DNA of 64,000 bases from Methylophagaceae bacterium (GTDB lineage Bacteria > Pseudomonadota > Gammaproteobacteria > Nitrosococcales > Methylophagaceae): assembly GCA_965219435.1 (NCBI GenBank), contig OZ244743.1, positions 1,289,903-1,353,902 on the forward strand, written 5' to 3'. The position numbers and the translations under genes were made by a program. This document shows, piece after piece, positions 20,264 through 30,499 of the stretch. The notes beneath the pieces were generated by a model that did not search any database, was not told the DNA's origin, and worked only from the letters and a program-made list of their open reading frames with translations. Positions within the stretch are counted from its first letter, which is position 1. Each line of letters opens with the position of its first letter.

Positions 20264-20958
20264 CTATTATTAATGAAAAATTAGCGGCTAAAATTGAAGC
20301 TGTTAAACAAGTATTGACCGAGATTTCAGTCAATTATCAGCCCGCTACTTTAGCGTCCAGTTATGGTGCAGAAGATATGGTGTTGATGGATTTAATTTGT
20401 AAATTTGCACCAGAAATTGAGATTTTTACGCTGGATACCGGTCGTTTGCCAAAAGAAACGTATGACGTGATGCAGCAGGCAAAAGTACATTATAATCGAG
20501 AAGTTAGCGTATATTTCCCTGATGCGGAAAGTATTGAAAAATATGTAACCGAGCAAGGCCCCAATGCTTTTTACGAGAGTATTGATTTACGCAAAGAATG
20601 CTGTGGTATTCGAAAAGTAAATCCTTTGAAACGGGCCCTGGCAGATAAAAAGGCATGGTTAACCGGAATGCGTCGTAAACAAGCTGTAACACGAAGTGAA
20701 TTACCGGTATCAGAATGGGACGAAGGTTTTGGTCTGCAAAAATTTAGCCCACTAACAGACTGGTCAAATGGTGATGTTTGGGCATATATCCGTGCGTTTG
20801 ATGTGCCTTACAATAAGTTACATGATCAAGGTGTAGCCAGTATTGGCTGTGCGCCTTGTACTCGTGCGATTACTGCCGGAGAAGATATCCGTGCAGGTCG
20901 CTGGTGGTGGGAAAATCCAGAATCAAAAGAATGTGGTCTTCACGTTAAAGCCAAATAA
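20260..20958 (+). CDS. cysH: assimilatory adenylylsulfate (APS) reductase, Fe-S type
   Basis: Contains ECCGIRKVNPL, SIGCAPCT (the two Cys pairs of [4Fe-4S] APS reductases) and the C-terminal catalytic ECGLH. Confidence 0.9.
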   Translation: MTIINEKLAAKIEAVKQVLTEISVNYQPATLASSYGAEDMVLMDLICKFAPEIEIFTLDTGRLPKETYDVMQQAKVHYNREVSVYFPDAESIEKYVTEQGPNAFYESIDLRKECCGIRKVNPLKRALADKKAWLTGMRRKQAVTRSELPVSEWDEGFGLQKFSPLTDWSNGDVWAYIRAFDVPYNKLHDQGVASIGCAPCTRAITAGEDIRAGRWWWENPESKECGLHVKAK

Positions 20959-20970
20959 TTAGAGAATTTT

Positions 20971-21873
20971 ATGACTAAAAAACAGTTAACACATCTACAG
21001 CAGCTTGAAGCCGAGAGCATCCATATTATGCGTGAAGTGGCGGCAGAGTTTGATAGTCCTGTCATGCTTTATTCGGTGGGTAAAGATTCAGCGGTAATGC
21101 TTCATTTAGCGTTGAAAGCATTTGCTCCAGGCAAGCCTCCTTTTCCATTGATGCATGTTGATACAACGTGGAAGTTTAAAGAAATGATCGCCTTTCGTGA
21201 CAGGCAAGTTAAAGAATTAGGTTTGGACTTGATTGTTGAGAAAAATTTACAAGCCGTCGCTGAGGGTATTAATCCGTTCGATCATGCTCGTTATACCGAC
21301 ATAATGAAAACAGATACTTTAAAAGCGGCGTTGACTAAGCATGGCTTTGATGCTGCTTTTGGTGGAGCGCGTCGGGATGAAGAGAAGTCTCGTGCCAAAG
21401 AGCGCGTGTATTCATTCCGTGATAAAAATCATCGTTGGGATCCCAAACAACAACGTCCTGAATTATGGAACACCTACAACAGTAAAGTGAATAAAGGTGA
21501 AAGTATTCGTGTTTTCCCATTATCAAACTGGACAGAGCTTGATATCTGGCAATATATTCATTTGGAAGGTATCCCAATCGTGCCGTTGTATTATGCTGCA
21601 GAACGTCCAGTTGTTGAGCGTAATGGTATGAAGATTATGGTTGATGATGAACGTATGCGCTTAGAGGAAGGCGAGCAGCCAAAAATGGAAAAAGTACGTT
21701 TCAGAACATTGGGTTGTTACCCTTTAACCGGTGCCGTTGAATCAAAAGCGACAACCTTACCTGAGATTATTCAAGAAATGTTATTAGCCACCACATCAGA
21801 GCGACAGGGGCGTGCGATTGATCATGACGAGTCAGGTTCAATGGAGAAGAAAAAACAAGAGGGTTACTTCTAA
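20971..21873 (+). CDS. cysD: sulfate adenylyltransferase subunit 2
   Basis: 300 aa. [20 protein letters not shown] (PP-loop) and [11 protein letters not shown]...[10 protein letters not shown] are diagnostic for CysD. Confidence 0.95.
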   Translation: MTKKQLTHLQQLEAESIHIMREVAAEFDSPVMLYSVGKDSAVMLHLALKAFAPGKPPFPLMHVDTTWKFKEMIAFRDRQVKELGLDLIVEKNLQAVAEGINPFDHARYTDIMKTDTLKAALTKHGFDAAFGGARRDEEKSRAKERVYSFRDKNHRWDPKQQRPELWNTYNSKVNKGESIRVFPLSNWTELDIWQYIHLEGIPIVPLYYAAERPVVERNGMKIMVDDERMRLEEGEQPKMEKVRFRTLGCYPLTGAVESKATTLPEIIQEMLLATTSERQGRAIDHDESGSMEKKKQEGYF

Positions 21874-23318
21874 TGAGCAGTACAGATAATAATTACCAAT
21901 CGGATAGTTTAATTGCAACCGATATTGATGCTTATTTAAAGCAACATGAAAATAAAGAAATGTTACGTTTTCTAACTTGTGGCAACGTAGATGATGGCAA
22001 AAGTACCCTCATTGGTCGTTTGTTATACGATTCAAAAATGATCTATGAAGATCAATTAGAAGCAGTCACTAAAGATAGTGTTAAGTCAGGTACAACAGGC
22101 GAAGCAGTTGATTTAGCTTTGCTGGTGGATGGTTTGCAGGCTGAGCGTGAGCAAGGTATTACCATTGATGTTGCTTACCGTTATTTCTCTACGACTAAGC
22201 GTAAATTTATCATTGCCGACACGCCAGGCCATGAACAATACACCCGGAACATGGCTACAGGGGCATCTAATTGCCAACTTGCCGTTATCTTGATCGATGC
22301 ACGCTACGGTGTGCAAACACAAACGCGTCGTCATAGTTATATTGCTAATTTATTAGGTATTAAACATATCGTTGTTGCCATTAATAAAATGGATATTAAA
22401 GACTACAGCGAGCAGGTTTATAACGACATTCGTAAAGAGTACAGTGAGTTTGCCCGTGAACTCGAAATGGGCGATGTGCATTACGTACCACTGTCAGCAT
22501 TAGTGGGTGATAACGTCGTTAACAAGAGTGAAAATATGCCTTGGTATCAAGGTGAAACCTTAATGCAGTTATTGGAAAATGTCGAAATTTCTGGCGATAC
22601 CAATGTGCAAGATGTTCGTTTCCCTGTCCAGTATGTGAATCGTCCTAACCTTGATTTTCGAGGTTACTGCGGCACCCTAGCATCGGGCATTTTGAAGCCC
22701 GGTGATGAAATAATGGTCTTACCATCAGGTAAAGAAAGTACGGTTAAAGCGCTGGTGACTTACGAAGGGAATTTGGACGAAGCCGTTCCTGGTCAAGCAA
22801 TTACAGTAACTCTTGATGATGAGATCGATGTTAGCCGTGGCGATATGATCGTTCACCGTGATTATCAACCACATGTTACAAGTAACTTTAAGGCCACTGT
22901 GGTGTGGATGACTGAAAACCCGTTAGTGAGTGGTAAGCAATATAGCTTTAAAGTAGGTGTGAGTGATTGTGCTGGTACTTTAACGGCAATTGATAGCCAA
23001 ATTGATGTCAATACCTTGGCTGAAAATACTGCGAGTGAATTACGAATCAATGAAATTGGTGTATGTGAATTTTCATTAAATAAACCGGTAGTATTTGATC
23101 CCTATAAACGTAATCGTAGTACTGGTTCGTTTATTATTATTGACCGTTTAACCAACGTCACGATTGGTGCGGGTATGATTACTGAAGCGGTTAATGGTCC
23201 AGCATCACATGCCGTATCTACAGATCAATTCTCAGCATTTGAGCTTGAATTTAATGCCTTGGTGAGAAAGCATTTTCCTCATTGGGAGGCTAACGATCTG
23301 AGTGAGATATTGAAGTAA
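21873..23318 (+). CDS. cysN: sulfate adenylyltransferase subunit 1 (GTPase), no fused APS kinase domain
   Basis: 481 aa. G1 motif [17 protein letters not shown] and NKMD. ATGA overlap with cysD. Its length leaves no room for a CysC domain. Confidence 0.95.
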   Translation: MSSTDNNYQSDSLIATDIDAYLKQHENKEMLRFLTCGNVDDGKSTLIGRLLYDSKMIYEDQLEAVTKDSVKSGTTGEAVDLALLVDGLQAEREQGITIDVAYRYFSTTKRKFIIADTPGHEQYTRNMATGASNCQLAVILIDARYGVQTQTRRHSYIANLLGIKHIVVAINKMDIKDYSEQVYNDIRKEYSEFARELEMGDVHYVPLSALVGDNVVNKSENMPWYQGETLMQLLENVEISGDTNVQDVRFPVQYVNRPNLDFRGYCGTLASGILKPGDEIMVLPSGKESTVKALVTYEGNLDEAVPGQAITVTLDDEIDVSRGDMIVHRDYQPHVTSNFKATVVWMTENPLVSGKQYSFKVGVSDCAGTLTAIDSQIDVNTLAENTASELRINEIGVCEFSLNKPVVFDPYKRNRSTGSFIIIDRLTNVTIGAGMITEAVNGPASHAVSTDQFSAFELEFNALVRKHFPHWEANDLSEILK

Positions 23319-23448
23319 ATATTCAATCAAGGTCAGGCAGGCGATACTTTGTCTGACCTTGAGCTCAGAAGAATATTTTATTCTTATTGATATGGTTTAT
23401 CTAAGATATCTGGTCTGAGTTTTCAGTTTTACTTAGATTGCAGTGACA

Positions 23449-23976
23449 TTAACTTTTGGCGGACGATAAAATCTGTTGCCATTGTTGCAGCTTTTGTTCA
23501 AATGGTATTGCTGCATTGGCTGGACTGGTAGAAGGTAAGCGCAAGCGAATAACCTTTGTCTGTTGCTCGGAGAGCGTGGGTAATACATAGCGATTAAATA
23601 TTTGTTCTGCTTTTGTACCATTAAACACTATTTTTTTGATCTTAGGGTGATGCCGTAAGAAGTGATTGAAATCGTTAATAATCAGGCTGTTCGTGTCAAT
23701 GTTTTGATCCAGACTGCCCTTGCGTTGACAAGCTTTAACTACATCCCACACAGCGATCTGGTGATGGATTAGCTGCTGGCAGCGAACGTTATAATTTAGC
23801 TCTTTTTCAGTGTTAAATAATACAGATATGATACGCCAGAAAGTGTTGCGAGGATGAGCATAATACTGTTGCTGCTGTAATGATTTTACGCTGGGCATGG
23901 AGCCTAGGATAAGCAGGTTAGAATTAGTGTCAGCAATGGGGGGGAAGCTAATCTCTAATGGCAGGTTATAGGTCAT
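23449..23976 (-). CDS. DNA-deoxyinosine (hypoxanthine) glycosylase, UDG superfamily
   Basis: 175 aa. LLILGSMPSVKSLQQQQYYAHPRNTFWRI matches the conserved N-terminal block of the family, as I recall it. Confidence 0.75.
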   Translation of the reverse strand: MTYNLPLEISFPPIADTNSNLLILGSMPSVKSLQQQQYYAHPRNTFWRIISVLFNTEKELNYNVRCQQLIHHQIAVWDVVKACQRKGSLDQNIDTNSLIINDFNHFLRHHPKIKKIVFNGTKAEQIFNRYVLPTLSEQQTKVIRLRLPSTSPANAAIPFEQKLQQWQQILSSAKS

Positions 23977-24016
23977 TTATGAGTATGTTCTATTTGTGTT
24001 TGCCATCTTATCCCTG

Positions 24017-24154
24017 TCATTTAATCTTCAGAGTTTCTGGTGATTGAGGCTGGACGGTAGAGCTTTCAGGCGAATATTGGCTAGCAGCATAGCCAATGAC
24101 AATAAAGGCAATGATGAGCCAAATACGTTGCTTTTGACGTGACTTTTTAGACAT
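24017..24154 (-). CDS. possible 45-aa small membrane protein (below the ORF-track cutoff)
   Basis: My own translation gives MSKKSRQKQRIWLIIAFIVIGYAASQYSPESSTVQPQSPETLKIK: a basic N-terminus, one hydrophobic helix and a polar tail. It ends 40 nt upstream of the glycosylase gene on the same strand. No clear Shine-Dalgarno sequence. Confidence 0.25.
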   Translation of the reverse strand: MSKKSRQKQRIWLIIAFIVIGYAASQYSPESSTVQPQSPETLKIK

Positions 24155-24417
24155 GAATTATTTTAATATCTATCGAAAATAATGTGCAAGCTTACCTCGA
24201 TTTGTATCAGCAGGTAAAGCAAGGGCGCGTGAAGAAGAGAGGAACAATTATTTAACTTTAACACCACAGTCGTTTCAAAATGGTTATGACTATATTTTTC
24301 TGGTACTACAGAATAATTTAGTTAATTATTAAATATTAAATTAGCTCTTTATGTTTCTGTTCTTAAGTAGGGACGGCTATAATGAAAAGCTATTTTTATC
24401 TAGTTTAGAGAGCTTAG

Positions 24418-26070
24418 ATGTATCAGTACGATAACTACGATCAGGCGATGGTTGATCAACGGGTTGCACAATACCGCGATCAAACACGTCGTTTTTTAGC
24501 AGGCGAGTTAACAGAAGAACAATTCCGCCCATTACGTTTAATGAATGGGTTGTATGTTCAAATCCATGCGCCAATGTTGCGAATAGCTGTGCCTTATGGA
24601 CTTATGTCATCAAAGCAAGTACGTAAAATTGCTCATGTATCACGTAAATATGACAAAGGTTATGTTCATTTCACTACGCGGACAAACTTTCAGCTGAATT
24701 GGCCGACCTTAGAGAGCGTCCCTGATATTTTAGCTGAGTTAGCTTCTGTGCAAATGCACGGTATTCAAAGCAGCGGTAACTGTATTCGTAATACGACTTC
24801 TGACCAGCTTGCCGGCGTGAATGCTGACGAAATTGAAGATCCACGTCCTTGGTGTGAGATTATTCGCCAGTGGTCAACATTCCACCCTGAGTTTGCCTAC
24901 TTACCACGTAAGTTTAAGATTGCAGTTATTGGTACCAAGGAAGATCGAGCTGCAACGCAATTACACGATATTGGTCTGCACTTGGTCAAAAATCACGAAG
25001 GTGAAATAGGCTTTGAAGTGTTAGTCGGTGGTGGTTTAGGTCGCACACCAATATTAGGACAGGTGATTCGCCCCTTCCTAGAGAAAAAAGACTTATTGTC
25101 TTATCTGGAAGCGATTTTAAGAGTTTACAACCGACTAGGTCGTCGTGATAACAAATATAAAGCACGTATTAAAATTACAGTACGTGAACATGGGTTGAGC
25201 CATATTCGTGAATTAGTTGAAGCGGAGTGGGTTAATATCCGCGAGCAACTAGTATTGGATGATAAAGAAATTGCACGTGTTAAACAGTACTTCACCGAGC
25301 CAGCTTATGAAGTAAGCGCTGCTGATGACACCAGTTTTTCTCAGATGCAAGCCGATAATGCGGACTTTGCTCGTTGGGTTAAGCAAAATGTTGTCGATCA
25401 TAAAGTGGCGGGTTATAAAATTGCCTACATCTCACTTAAAGCGCCCCTTATGCCACCTGGGGATGTCACTGCCGATCAATTGGATGTCGTTGCCAACTTA
25501 GCGGATGAATTTAGCATGGGCGAGATTCGTTCTAGCCATAATCAAAATTTATTGTTGAGTGATGTTAAACAAGCCGATTTATATGCCTTGTGGTTACGTT
25601 TACAAGCTGAAGGTTTAGCCACTGCTAATATTAATACAATGGCAGATATGATTTGTTGCCCTGGTTTGGATTTCTGTGGTTTAGCTAACGCAACGTCTAT
25701 TCCATTAGCAAAAGAAATCAATGAACGTTTTGATGATTTAGATTACTTGTATGACCTAGGTGATATCAAAATTAAAATATCAGGCTGTATGAATGGCTGT
25801 GCTCATCAAAGTGTCGGTCATATTGGTATTCTTGGTGTCGATAAAAAAGGCGAAGAGTGGTATCAATTTACGCTTGGTGGTAGCTCAGAAGCAGACGCAT
25901 CATTGGGCGAGCGTTTAGGTCGTGCTATTCCTAAAGATGAAGTGGTCGATACAGTGGCGACCTTGTTGGAAGTGTTCAAAGAGCACCGTCATGAAGATGA
26001 ATTATTTCTAGCCACTGTACGTCGAGTGGGTATTGATCCGTTTAAGGAGCGCGTTTATGCAGATAATTAA
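24418..26070 (+). CDS. cysI: assimilatory sulfite reductase hemoprotein, NirA/CysI type
   Basis: 550 aa with two nitrite/sulfite reductase repeats. The siroheme-[4Fe-4S] Cys cluster is CCPGLDFCGLA plus SGCMNGCAHQ. Confidence 0.9.
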   Translation: MYQYDNYDQAMVDQRVAQYRDQTRRFLAGELTEEQFRPLRLMNGLYVQIHAPMLRIAVPYGLMSSKQVRKIAHVSRKYDKGYVHFTTRTNFQLNWPTLESVPDILAELASVQMHGIQSSGNCIRNTTSDQLAGVNADEIEDPRPWCEIIRQWSTFHPEFAYLPRKFKIAVIGTKEDRAATQLHDIGLHLVKNHEGEIGFEVLVGGGLGRTPILGQVIRPFLEKKDLLSYLEAILRVYNRLGRRDNKYKARIKITVREHGLSHIRELVEAEWVNIREQLVLDDKEIARVKQYFTEPAYEVSAADDTSFSQMQADNADFARWVKQNVVDHKVAGYKIAYISLKAPLMPPGDVTADQLDVVANLADEFSMGEIRSSHNQNLLLSDVKQADLYALWLRLQAEGLATANINTMADMICCPGLDFCGLANATSIPLAKEINERFDDLDYLYDLGDIKIKISGCMNGCAHQSVGHIGILGVDKKGEEWYQFTLGGSSEADASLGERLGRAIPKDEVVDTVATLLEVFKEHRHEDELFLATVRRVGIDPFKERVYADN

Positions 26071-26536
26071 AGATCGTGAAATTGTTGAAGACAATTGGCT
26101 GCATTTAGATGATGAAGCGGCATTAGTTGCTGGCAACATCACCGTATCACTGACTCGCTGGCAGGAACAACATGAAACCTTGTCAAAGCATGAGGGTGGT
26201 TTAGGTCTGCGATTAATGGGCGACGATCCCCTTGAAGAAATCGTGCCGGACCTATCTTCTTTTTCGCTTGTAGTGCTTATATTTCCTGCTTTTACGGATG
26301 GTCGTTGCTACTCATTTGCACGATTATTACGCGATCGTTATCACTACACTGGTGAAATTCGTGCTCAAGGTGATGTGTTGCATGATCAATTGTTTTACAT
26401 GTCACAATCAGGTATCAACAGTTTTGAACTAGCAAACCCAAGTCAAATGACAAATGCACTTGTTGCGTTCAATGATTTTAGCGAAAGTTACCAAACAACT
26501 GCGTTAAAACCAGAACCACTTTATCGCCGACGCTAA
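26057..26536 (+). CDS. DUF934 protein, the usual partner of this sulfite reductase type
   Basis: Start placed at MQIIKDREIVEDNW, with aaggag 7 nt upstream; it overlaps the cysI stop. FPAFTDGRCYSFARLLRDRYHYTGEIRAQGDVL is the conserved DUF934 core. Confidence 0.75.
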   Translation: MQIIKDREIVEDNWLHLDDEAALVAGNITVSLTRWQEQHETLSKHEGGLGLRLMGDDPLEEIVPDLSSFSLVVLIFPAFTDGRCYSFARLLRDRYHYTGEIRAQGDVLHDQLFYMSQSGINSFELANPSQMTNALVAFNDFSESYQTTALKPEPLYRRR

Positions 26537-26542
26537 ATTTAA

Positions 26543-27406
26543 ATGGCTGTTTACGCGATTGGTGATGTTCAAGGCTGTTTTGATGAATTACTTAAACTAC
26601 TGGATCACATCAACTTCGATCCAGTCGTTGATCAAATTTGGCTTGCTGGGGATTTAGTTAATCGTGGGCCCAAATCTGCAGATGTTTTACGGTTAGCTAT
26701 CGAACTAGGTAGCCAGCGGGTTAAAGTGGTTTTAGGTAATCATGACTTACATTTATTGGCGAATGCAGCGGGTGTCTCTGAGCACAAACATCGTATGGAT
26801 ACGATGGAGTCTGTATTACTTGCAGATGATAAAGAACAACTGTTGACTTGGCTTCGTCATCAGCCTTTATTTCATCACGATAGTCAGTTGGGATTCAGTA
26901 TGTTACATGCTGGTTTACCTGTCGAATGGTCAATCGCTGAGGCGAGTGAGCGCGCCAAAGAAGTCGAAGATGTTTTGCAGGGTGATAATTGGCGTGAATT
27001 TTTCAAAAATATGTATGGCAACAAACCTAAGGCATGGTCCAGTAAACTCGAAGGTTGGGATAGGTTACGCTTTATTACCAACTGTTTTACTCGTTTGCGG
27101 TATTGTCATGATGATGGTCGTTTAGCCCTTAAATTCAAAGGGGCACCTAATGATAAGCCCGAAGGTCAAAAGCCATGGTTTGATATGCCAAACCGAGTCT
27201 CTAAAAATGACCATATTGTATTTGGCCATTGGTCAACATTAGGTACGGGTCAATATGGCAATGTATTTTCATTAGACAGTGGCGCAGTTTGGGGTGAAAA
27301 GCTGACTGCTGTTCGAATTGATGCTGAGCCTTATCAATGGTTTACTATCGATGCGGATCCGACAGGTCTACCTCATGCAAAAAACAAAACGATCGCAGCC
27401 CCTTAA
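26543..27406 (+). CDS. apaH: bis(5'-nucleosyl)-tetraphosphatase, symmetrical
   Basis: MAVYAIGDVQGCFDEL, LAGDLVNRGP and GNHDLHLL are PPP-family metallophosphatase motifs in the ApaH arrangement. Confidence 0.9.
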   Translation: MAVYAIGDVQGCFDELLKLLDHINFDPVVDQIWLAGDLVNRGPKSADVLRLAIELGSQRVKVVLGNHDLHLLANAAGVSEHKHRMDTMESVLLADDKEQLLTWLRHQPLFHHDSQLGFSMLHAGLPVEWSIAEASERAKEVEDVLQGDNWREFFKNMYGNKPKAWSSKLEGWDRLRFITNCFTRLRYCHDDGRLALKFKGAPNDKPEGQKPWFDMPNRVSKNDHIVFGHWSTLGTGQYGNVFSLDSGAVWGEKLTAVRIDAEPYQWFTIDADPTGLPHAKNKTIAAP

Positions 27407-27488
27407 CCGTGCCCAGTCTGTTCTGTTAGGTTTAATTTATTAAACAAAGTACAATATCGTTTTCACATAATCGGATCTTTAAATAATC

Positions 27489-27971
27489 ATGACAAATATC
27501 ACAACGTTTTCAGGTGATTTTTCAGCCAAAGGGCTAAAAGTTGGTATCGTCGCGGGACGCTTTAATGACTTTATCGTTGATAACTTGATTTCAGGTGCGA
27601 TTGATTGTTTAGTTCGCCATGGTGCCAGTGAGAGTGATATTGATCTCGCTCGGGTTCCCGGTGCTGTCGAAATTCCACTAGCGGTGCAGCGTATGGCTCG
27701 CACCGGAAACTATGATGCACTTATTGCACTGGGTGCCGTTATTCGTGGTGGCACACCTCATTTTGAATATGTTGCAGGTGAGGTTTCAAAAGGCCTTGGG
27801 CAGCTGACATTACAACTTGATATTCCGATTTCATTTGGTGTCTTGACTGTAGATAGTATCGAACAAGCCATTGAACGAGCGGGTACTAAAGCCGGCAATA
27901 AAGGTGCTGAAGCCGCAATGGGCACCATTGAAATGGTTAATGTACTTCGTCAAATTGAGACTGGAAAATAA
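27489..27971 (+). CDS. ribH: 6,7-dimethyl-8-ribityllumazine synthase
   Basis: 160 aa. [37 protein letters not shown] and FGVLT. Confidence 0.95.
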   Translation: MTNITTFSGDFSAKGLKVGIVAGRFNDFIVDNLISGAIDCLVRHGASESDIDLARVPGAVEIPLAVQRMARTGNYDALIALGAVIRGGTPHFEYVAGEVSKGLGQLTLQLDIPISFGVLTVDSIEQAIERAGTKAGNKGAEAAMGTIEMVNVLRQIETGK

Positions 27972-27972
27972 T

Positions 27973-28428
27973 ATGGCTGGTGGATTACCACGTTCTCATG
28001 CTCGCCGTGCGGCTGTGCAGGCTTTGTATCAGGCTTTAGTTAATGGACAGGCGCCTACCACCAAAGATGCCCTAGATTTTGTCAGTGCAGAAAATTCTGA
28101 CAAGATGGATCAAAAATATTTCAGTACCTTAGTTGAAGGTGTATCAAAAGAACTGGATATGCTTGATGGCGAATTAGCTTATGCAGTAGATCGTAGTCTG
28201 TCGGATATTGATCCAGTTGAAAGCTCAGTATTGAGACTCGCTGTTTATGAATTTATTCATCGTCCTGAAGTCCCTTATCGTGTTGTATTAAACGAAGCGG
28301 TTGAACTAGCCAAAGCATTTGGTGGTGAAAAAGGACATCGATACGTCAATGGTGTTTTAGACAAAATGGGGTCTAAATTACGCGCTGTAGAGTACGAAGA
28401 ATCAAAAGCGCGTCGTAACAATAAATAA
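27973..28428 (+). CDS. nusB: transcription antitermination factor NusB
   Basis: ATG lies 1 nt after the ribH stop. ARRAAVQALYQ and the C-terminal NGVLDK match NusB. The ORF-track start (27871) lies inside ribH. Confidence 0.9.
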   Translation: MAGGLPRSHARRAAVQALYQALVNGQAPTTKDALDFVSAENSDKMDQKYFSTLVEGVSKELDMLDGELAYAVDRSLSDIDPVESSVLRLAVYEFIHRPEVPYRVVLNEAVELAKAFGGEKGHRYVNGVLDKMGSKLRAVEYEESKARRNNK

Positions 28429-28607
28429 CGATCAATAGTGGACTTAGTTATAGCCAGGTATGCTGGACTAAAACCAAGTTACATTGTTGAGCTTTTATTG
28501 ATGACTGTGTCGAAGTGTTTTTGGATCTAAGATTACTTTAAACACTTTTTTAGAAAATAAGATGAGTAAGTCTGGTTTTCAGCCGACCTCTGCTTGAGAT
28601 TGTATTG

Positions 28608-29579
28608 ATGAGCGCGTTATCTGAGTTTTCTTTAATCCAACGTTATTTTGAGCTGCTGACGAACCAACGTGATGATGTTCTATTAGGCGTGGGTGATGAT
28701 TGTGCACTATTACGTTGCCCACCTGATCAGGTTATGGCTGTATCAATAGATACTCTTGTTGAAAACATTCATTTTTTTGCTGATGTTGATCCTGAATCCT
28801 TAGGTCACAAAAGTTTGGCGGTAGGATTGAGTGATCTCGCTGCAATGGGGGCTCAACCTGCATGGTTTACTTTAGCGATAACATTACCCGATATCGATGA
28901 AATCTGGTTAAACGCTTTTTCTCAAGGCCTAGCCAAACTCGCAAAGCAGCATAATATTCAATTAGTCGGTGGTGATACAACACGTGGGCCGTTAACGATT
29001 AGTATTCAAGTACATGGTTTTGTGAACGCGGAAAAAGCCTTACGCCGAAGTGGTGCTAAGCTTGGAGATATCATCTATGTGACAGGTACGCTGGGCGATG
29101 CTGGTGCGGCGTTAAAGTTAAAATTAGTGCAGTGGACTGATGCTAGGCTGACGAGAGAAGATAAATATTACTTGGCCCAGAGATTACAGCAACCAACACC
29201 AAGACTGGATATTGGACAAGGTTTAGTCGGTATAGCATCTTCTTCGATTGATATTTCCGATGGTTTATTGGCTGATTTAGGGCATATTCTTGAAAAAAGT
29301 GGTGTGGGTGCTAGACTCGATTTATCAAGGTTGCCTTTGTCATCAGCTCTTGCAAAGATTGATAGAAAAGTAGCCGAAAAGTTTGCGTTACAATCCGGCG
29401 ATGATTATGAGTTGTGCTTTACTGTATCACCGGATTTTGTTTCAGAAATTGAACACATCTTCCAAGGTAAATGTACCCGTATTGGTATGATTACCGATGA
29501 TGAGGGAATTTATTCTATCGATGGTAATGATTCGTTGGTTGCATTAAAAGGTAATGGTTATGATCACTTCCCCACCTAA
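28608..29579 (+). CDS. thiL: thiamine-monophosphate kinase
   Basis: SEFSLIQRYF, GVGDDCALL, GGDTTRGP and SGDDYELCFT. Confidence 0.9.
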   Translation: MSALSEFSLIQRYFELLTNQRDDVLLGVGDDCALLRCPPDQVMAVSIDTLVENIHFFADVDPESLGHKSLAVGLSDLAAMGAQPAWFTLAITLPDIDEIWLNAFSQGLAKLAKQHNIQLVGGDTTRGPLTISIQVHGFVNAEKALRRSGAKLGDIIYVTGTLGDAGAALKLKLVQWTDARLTREDKYYLAQRLQQPTPRLDIGQGLVGIASSSIDISDGLLADLGHILEKSGVGARLDLSRLPLSSALAKIDRKVAEKFALQSGDDYELCFTVSPDFVSEIEHIFQGKCTRIGMITDDEGIYSIDGNDSLVALKGNGYDHFPT

Positions 29580-30063
29580 AAGGACATTTCGCGAATTACT
29601 CAAACGACCTGCATGTTTTTTAGGGTTAGGCTTTGGCTCAGGTTTAGCACCTAAAGCACCGGGGACATTTGGTACATTAGCAGCTGTGCCAATTTATCTT
29701 TTGATGCAAAATCTCTCTCTAGCAGTCTATTTAATGATAGTCGCTATCGCTTTTATTGCGGGTATTTGGATTTGCCAGAAATCAGCTGATTGGCTGAGAC
29801 AAAATGATCCATCAGCCGTGGTGTGGGATGAAATTGTCGGTTATTTAATTACCATGATTGCAGCCCCTGCTGGTTGGCAGTGGATGTTGTTAGGCTTTGT
29901 TTTATTCCGGTTTTTCGATATTTTAAAACCATGGCCAATTAATCTGGCCGATAAAGCGATTCATGGCGGCTTAGGTATTATGGTAGATGACGTGATTGCC
30001 GGTGTATTTGCATTAGTGTGTGTGCAATGGCTTTATCGCGTGTTACCAACAATTAATTTATAA
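29554..30063 (+). CDS. pgpA: phosphatidylglycerophosphatase A
   Basis: LGLGFGSGLAPKAPGTFGTLAA, DEIVG and FRFFDILKPWPI. Overlaps the thiL 3' end, as is usual for this pair. Confidence 0.9.
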   Translation: MVMITSPPKRTFRELLKRPACFLGLGFGSGLAPKAPGTFGTLAAVPIYLLMQNLSLAVYLMIVAIAFIAGIWICQKSADWLRQNDPSAVVWDEIVGYLITMIAAPAGWQWMLLGFVLFRFFDILKPWPINLADKAIHGGLGIMVDDVIAGVFALVCVQWLYRVLPTINL

Positions 30064-30077
30064 AGATTAATTGTTGG
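30046..30077. terminator. AT-rich 12-bp inverted repeat between convergent pgpA and pilE; possible bidirectional terminator
   Basis: ccaacaattaat (30046-30057) pairs with attaattgttgg (30066-30077) across an 8-nt loop containing the pgpA stop codon. Flanking T/A runs are weak. Confidence 0.4.
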
Positions 30078-30094
30078 TATAAGTTTATTAATAA

Positions 30095-30499
30095 TCAGTT
30101 CCAGCATCCAGTGATAGCAGCTCTTTTATCACCCGTATGTGTTAAAGTTAATGTACCACAGCTATCTGATGCTTGAGTTCCTTGAGGTGCACCATTTATT
30201 GTGAAAGATGTTGTCGTTAACGTTGGAAGTGTAAAAGTGTAGTAATCACTGGTAATTTGCGATGCGGTTATCATAGAACTAGCAGAAAGGCTGTTATATT
30301 GATTTTTTTCAGTAAACTTCCGTTCCATATAGTTTGCCATTTCTAACATGGCCGCCTGTGCATCACTTCGACGCGCTTGACGCACACTATCCTGATAATT
30401 AGGATAAGCAACACTAGTAAGAATAGCAATTATGGCAATTACTATCATTAACTCAAGTAATGTAAAACCTTTCTGATAGTATGTTTTCTTGATCATCAC
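30095..30499 (-). CDS. pilE: type IV pilin PilE (minor pilin)
   Basis: Prepilin leader, then the cleavage site [18 protein letters not shown], then [16 protein letters not shown]. Confidence 0.85.
   Translation of the reverse strand: MMIKKTYYQKGFTLLELMIVIAIIAILTSVAYPNYQDSVRQARRSDAQAAMLEMANYMERKFTEKNQYNSLSASSMITASQITSDYYTFTLPTLTTTSFTINGAPQGTQASDSCGTLTLTHTGDKRAAITGCWN

Noticed and set aside
23328-23361. 9-bp inverted repeat caaggtcag/ctgaccttg after cysN, as a possible terminator.
   Set aside because: It has a 16-nt loop and no flanking T- or A-run on either strand. It may still be a structural element, but I cannot call it a terminator.
27871-27972. Upstream-extended starts offered by the ORF track: nusB from 27871, rplI from 43267, DUF2237 from 11838, pilY1 from 34222, OmpA-like from 40130, and the DUF934 gene from 26033.
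   Set aside because: The extensions overlap the preceding gene or add non-conserved residues. The internal ATGs have better Shine-Dalgarno spacing and give family-typical N-termini or signal peptides.
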